DNA from: a virus
Lineage: Duplodnaviria > Caudoviricetes
IMG/VR virus record: IMGVR_UViG_3300038808_000067
Location: 1-39,508 of that record
Direction: 5' to 3' (one strand)
Length of the DNA: 39,508 bases
The notes under the pieces: generated by a model
Seen by the model: the letters and a program-made list of their open reading frames with translations, nothing else
Database searches by the model: none
Told to the model about the DNA's origin: nothing
Program-made: the position numbers and the translations under genes
In this document: positions 36,066 through 39,508 of the stretch, in pieces
How the letters are laid out: every line of letters starts with the position of its first letter
How positions within the stretch are numbered: the stretch's first letter is position 1

Positions 36066-36253
36066 TGACCGCCACCCTCGAACAGCTTCAGGCGCAGACC
36101 CCGACCACGCTTTCCGGGATCAAGACCCTGGCCAAGAAGCTGAAACGCCTGACCGGCCTGCAACACAGCCACGCCCTTGAGGCGGCCTCGCGCCAGGCCG
36201 GGTTCCGCAACTGGCACTCTGCGCTCGCCGCCTTGAAGAGCGACGACGTCTGA
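36065..36253 (+). CDS. Small helical phage protein
   Basis: TLSGIKTLAKKLKR..GLQHSHALE.ASRQAGF.NW. Confidence 0.7.
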   Translation: MTATLEQLQAQTPTTLSGIKTLAKKLKRLTGLQHSHALEAASRQAGFRNWHSALAALKSDDV

Positions 36254-36330
36254 TGCGCCTGATCGCCGCCCTGCTGATCCTCTGTCACAGCCTGATCCTC
36301 GCCATGACCGGCAAGGACCACCTGCTGTGA
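36253..36330 (+). CDS. 25-aa hydrophobic peptide (MRLIAALLILCHSLILAMTGKDHLL)
   Basis: TGATG overlap upstream and GTGA overlap downstream; fills the gap exactly. Confidence 0.5.
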   Translation: MRLIAALLILCHSLILAMTGKDHLL

Positions 36331-36521
36331 CCCACCCCATGTCCATCGTCACCGCACGGGTCGGGATCCAGCAGGGCGGCAAGATCAAACCGGTCGAGAT
36401 CTCGACCGCCTTCGACCAAATCCGCACCGCCGAACAGGCCCACGCCGCCGGCCGCCAACTCGGCGAAGCCATCGGCGAGGTGTTCGCTCTTCGCCTGCAG
36501 CAAGGAGAAACCCTGACATGA
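36327..36521 (+). CDS. Hypothetical protein
   Basis: 64 aa, coupled at both ends. Confidence 0.6.
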   Translation: MTHPMSIVTARVGIQQGGKIKPVEISTAFDQIRTAEQAHAAGRQLGEAIGEVFALRLQQGETLT

Positions 36522-36997
36522 AGACCAACCCCGCCTTCGTGCCCGTCGATATATCGACCGCCGAGCTAGAGCTTGATGGATCAATCCACGAAGGCTTCGC
36601 TGCAGCCATCATGGTGAAAGGAAAGCCTCGCATGATCGCGCTGTTTCGCGAGTACGCGGACGCCGTTCAAATCATGGCCATCATCAAGGACGCCCAAGGT
36701 CGGATTGCCGACGGCGACACCCCCGAGCGGGATGCGTTGGGGTGGCGGAGCATGGCGTCAGCGCCACGAGACGGCACTCTAGTCCAGCTGGCGTTTGGAA
36801 CCGACGTAGTCACAGCGGGGGCCTATCACCGCAACGACGACGACCTCTATCCCTGGAAGTTCATCGACAGCCAAGGTGAAGGCCTTCCCATTTTTAACGG
36901 TGCGCGTGACGACCAGTACGGCCCCACCCATTGGTGTCCCATGCATCCCGTTCCCAGCGCCACCCTGAAAGCCGCCCCGGCGGAGAACAAGGTATGA
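36518..36997 (+). CDS. Hypothetical protein with DUF551-like C-terminal domain
   Basis: WRSMASAPRDGT...PTHWCPM. Confidence 0.7.
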   Translation: MKTNPAFVPVDISTAELELDGSIHEGFAAAIMVKGKPRMIALFREYADAVQIMAIIKDAQGRIADGDTPERDALGWRSMASAPRDGTLVQLAFGTDVVTAGAYHRNDDDLYPWKFIDSQGEGLPIFNGARDDQYGPTHWCPMHPVPSATLKAAPAENKV

Positions 36998-37311
36998 CCC
37001 CCGCCGAAGCCTACGACGCCACCCGCGACGCCTTCGCCTCGATCCTGATGGCCCAGGCGCGCGCCCAGGGGATCGCCATCGACGTAGGCCAGATCTACGC
37101 CATGCTCGACACGGCCATGAACAACGCCGGCATGATGCCCCTGCTGACCGTACTGGCCTCGGCCGATGTCGCCGCCAGCGCCTACGACCAGGCTTATATC
37201 CCGCCCGAGGAAGAAGCCCCCGACCTGTCCGCGCCAGTCGGATCCTGGAAGTCTCAGCGCGAAACCCTCGACAGCTTCCCCAACCTCTCGGGCCTCCTGA
37301 TCCGCGAGTGA
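36994..37311 (+). CDS. Hypothetical protein
   Basis: ATGA coupling, GGAG RBS. Confidence 0.65.
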   Translation: MTPAEAYDATRDAFASILMAQARAQGIAIDVGQIYAMLDTAMNNAGMMPLLTVLASADVAASAYDQAYIPPEEEAPDLSAPVGSWKSQRETLDSFPNLSGLLIRE

Positions 37312-37371
37312 CCTTGACCTGACGGCTACACGGACTCACCGTGGCCGCATTCCGCCACGGAGGGCTATCCG

Positions 37372-38799
37372 ATGGCTTCCAAGCCAAAACCCGCCTATCG
37401 CCGCCACGGCGACCTTCCCGCCTATTTCCAGTTCCGTGACGGCCGCCCCGCCTGGATCCCGTCCCAAGGCTTGCGCGACGCCGGATGGCGGCGCTGCGAC
37501 CTCAAGGACGTCGACGGCCGCTACCTGTCCCAGGGCGCGGCCATCGACCGCGCCGCCCTGATCAACGACGCCGTCGCCCGCTGGCGCGAAGGCTACGCCG
37601 TCTCGACTGACCACGCCGCCTACGCCCCGGCAGGGGCCTGCGACCAGGCCCCGGTCATTCGCCGGGTTGAAGACCGCCTGTCGATCGGCACCCTGATCGA
37701 CGCCTGGTGCGGCGTCGCCGCCCCGTTCAAGGGCGGTCAGGCCACCACCCTGATCACCCCCGCCTGCGACGAGTTCGCCCAGTTGGCCGCCTCGACCCAG
37801 ACCAACTACCGCCAGAAGATCAAGCGCCTGGTCGATGTGCTGGCCGGCTGGCCCGCGCCGCCGCCCAAGGGCGACCCCAAACACCCCGCCTATCTGCAGG
37901 CCGTCGCCGACGTGCGCGCCGAAAGCATCTTCACCCTGCAGGCCGACGAGGACGCGAACGGCGTCAACGACCCCTTGCGCGAGGTCTATTGGATCCTGCG
38001 CCGCGAGGCCGGTCCACATCAGGCCAACTCGGTCCTGACCATCACCAGCGCCTGGCTGTCATGGTGCCGCCTGCGCCGCACCCGCCGGATCCACAACTGG
38101 GCGGCCGAGGTGGACCGCCTGACCGCGCCCGGGCGCATCCGCGTCTTCACCTGGCCCGAGCTGCAGGCCCTGGTCCGCGCGGCCGAGGACATGGGCTGGC
38201 ACTCCATCGCCGACAGCATCGTCCTGGGCGTGGACCTCAGCTGGTCCCAGGCCGACCGTCTCGCCTTGACGTGGAACCGCGTCATCACCGACATCAACGG
38301 CCGCCAGCGCGCCCTGACGCGCAGCCAACTGACGGAGGGACCGAAGGGCCAGAAACTCGGCCGCGCCAAGACGGGCCGGATCGGCGGCACCCCATTCCTC
38401 GACATGGGCCGCCAGCGCATCGAGCAGATCCGCGCGCGTCAGGCCCATCGTAACGATATGCGCAACGACCCGCCCACCCACGTCCTGATCTGCGACACCA
38501 CGGGCGAGCCGTGGAAGGCCGACTATTACAAACACAAGTTCGCCGACGTCCGCGCCCGCGCCGCCCTCGCCTGCCCCTCGGTCGCGGACGGCCGGGATCA
38601 GGATCTGCGCGACACCGCCGTCACCTTCTGCCGGCGGGCCGGGCTGACGATCGAGGAAACCTGTTCGCGCACTCTGCAATCCCGCCGCCGCGTCCTGGAC
38701 CTTTGGGACCAGGCCTATGGAGAGATCGGCGAAGAGATCGCCGACAGCGGCGCGGACCGCATGGACGCCTGGATGAAGACGCAGAAGGTGGCGCTGTGA
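37372..38799 (+). CDS. Tyrosine recombinase/integrase with atypical active site
   Basis: RIRVFTWPE, ADRLALTW, KTG, QDLRDTAVT, AGLTIEE and C-terminal Tyr; about 650 bp from att. Confidence 0.85.
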   Translation: MASKPKPAYRRHGDLPAYFQFRDGRPAWIPSQGLRDAGWRRCDLKDVDGRYLSQGAAIDRAALINDAVARWREGYAVSTDHAAYAPAGACDQAPVIRRVEDRLSIGTLIDAWCGVAAPFKGGQATTLITPACDEFAQLAASTQTNYRQKIKRLVDVLAGWPAPPPKGDPKHPAYLQAVADVRAESIFTLQADEDANGVNDPLREVYWILRREAGPHQANSVLTITSAWLSWCRLRRTRRIHNWAAEVDRLTAPGRIRVFTWPELQALVRAAEDMGWHSIADSIVLGVDLSWSQADRLALTWNRVITDINGRQRALTRSQLTEGPKGQKLGRAKTGRIGGTPFLDMGRQRIEQIRARQAHRNDMRNDPPTHVLICDTTGEPWKADYYKHKFADVRARAALACPSVADGRDQDLRDTAVTFCRRAGLTIEETCSRTLQSRRRVLDLWDQAYGEIGEEIADSGADRMDAWMKTQKVAL

Positions 38800-39023
38800 G
38801 AACGATCCAGAACATGCGCGGCAAGAGCCGCCTGGTAACCTCGGCTGCGATCACACCGTTGATCCAAGGCGTCCAGATCGCTGCGGTCTGGATCGACGAA
38901 GCAGACGAGATCCACAGCATGGAAGGCGGCGGCGTCTTCATTGGCTACCTCGGCGTAGCCCCGTGTGACACGGACCGCGAGAATGATTCGCCCAGCGGCG
39001 ACACGCCCGAAGCAGGCCGATGA
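38796..39023 (+). CDS. Hypothetical protein
   Basis: GTGA and ATGA overlaps with both neighbours. Confidence 0.5.
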   Translation: MRTIQNMRGKSRLVTSAAITPLIQGVQIAAVWIDEADEIHSMEGGGVFIGYLGVAPCDTDRENDSPSGDTPEAGR

Positions 39024-39508
39024 CCTACAACTTCGCCCGCGCCTGCCCTGAGTGCGCCCAGCGGTTCACCACCACGAACGCCGACCAGCTCTTTTGCACA
39101 CCGGCCCACAAGGCCGCATTCCACAACCGCAACAGCAGCCGGGGACGCGGCGGCGCGGTCCAGCTGCTGCTGGCCTGGCGCGCCAGCCGGAACCGCAAGG
39201 GCGGATCCGCGACCGGATCCCGCGCCTTCCGGGAACTGTGCCTGGCGGCCGACGCCATGATCCGCGACGATCGCGAAGCCGGCCGCGACGCCATCGCCTA
39301 TCTCGAGGCGCGCTGGCGGGCCGAAGGCACCATGCCGACCGTGAGCCTTAAGCCACCCACCACGGCCCGAAAGACCCCCGCGCCACCCAAGGCGTTGACA
39401 AGAAACCCAACAAAAACAATAAGCGCTCAGCGCGACCCGATTTTTCGTAATGAGGGGGTCAGGTGTTCGAGTCACCTAAGCGGCACCACCTTTCCAGAGC
39501 ACCGCTAG
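39020..39508 (+). CDS. Zn-finger protein whose reading frame crosses the att site
   Basis: CPEC...FCTPAH...HN; last codons run through the tRNA-derived core. Confidence 0.7.
   Translation: MTYNFARACPECAQRFTTTNADQLFCTPAHKAAFHNRNSSRGRGGAVQLLLAWRASRNRKGGSATGSRAFRELCLAADAMIRDDREAGRDAIAYLEARWRAEGTMPTVSLKPPTTARKTPAPPKALTRNPTKTISAQRDPIFRNEGVRCSSHLSGTTFPEHR
39444..39488 (+). other. Right attachment site: duplicated 3' half of tRNA-Thr(CGT)
   Basis: TTCGTAA anticodon loop, variable loop, AGGTG-TTCGAGT-CACCT T-arm, AAGCGGC-ACCA end; no D-arm or 5' acceptor strand upstream. Confidence 0.85.

Larger units (their letters stand above)
1..39488. mobile_element. Temperate podovirus prophage (T7/BPP-1-like morphogenesis, lambdoid CI/Cro switch), integrated at tRNA-Thr(CGT); left boundary outside window
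   Basis: Full set of lysis, tail, head, packaging, replication, immunity and recombinase genes in phage order, ending in a tRNA 3'-end duplication. Confidence 0.93.

Noticed and set aside
39421-39488. Intact tRNA-Thr gene
   Set aside because: Only the anticodon loop to CCA is present; the upstream sequence cannot form the D-arm or 5' acceptor strand, so it is treated as the att duplication

Overview
The window is a nearly complete temperate podovirus prophage in a high-GC host that is probably alphaproteobacterial (Caulobacter/Brevundimonas-like; inference from the XRE family and the tRNA sequence). The minus strand runs from Cro through several DNA-binding genes, a TOPRIM primase, a PAPS-reductase-like enzyme, a frameshifted small gene, an SF3 helicase, a palindromic iteron origin, terS and terL. 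It continues through a T7/BPP-1-type head and tail module (portal, scaffold, capsid, decoration, tail tubular A/B, GNAT, four ejection proteins, tailspike) and a lysis cassette (holin, M15 endolysin, Rz/Rz1). The plus strand carries an S24-type CI repressor with palindromic operators, an early operon (DEDDh exonuclease, AlpA/Xis-like, XRE, ASCH-like and others) and a divergent tyrosine recombinase. It ends at the duplicated 3' half of tRNA-Thr(CGT), the right att site. Two plus-strand accessory genes lie at the left end, and the left att is outside the window. The most notable observations are: a GNAT domain fused into the lytic-transglycosylase ejection protein; a Zn-finger ORF that reads through the att core; an integrase lacking canonical catalytic residues; a C9 tract frameshifting the gene coupled to the helicase; a four-copy TTACCGTCCAG late-promoter-like motif; a densely structured capsid leader; and G-quadruplex tracts flanking terS and the origin. 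All family assignments are from motif recognition, not database searches.
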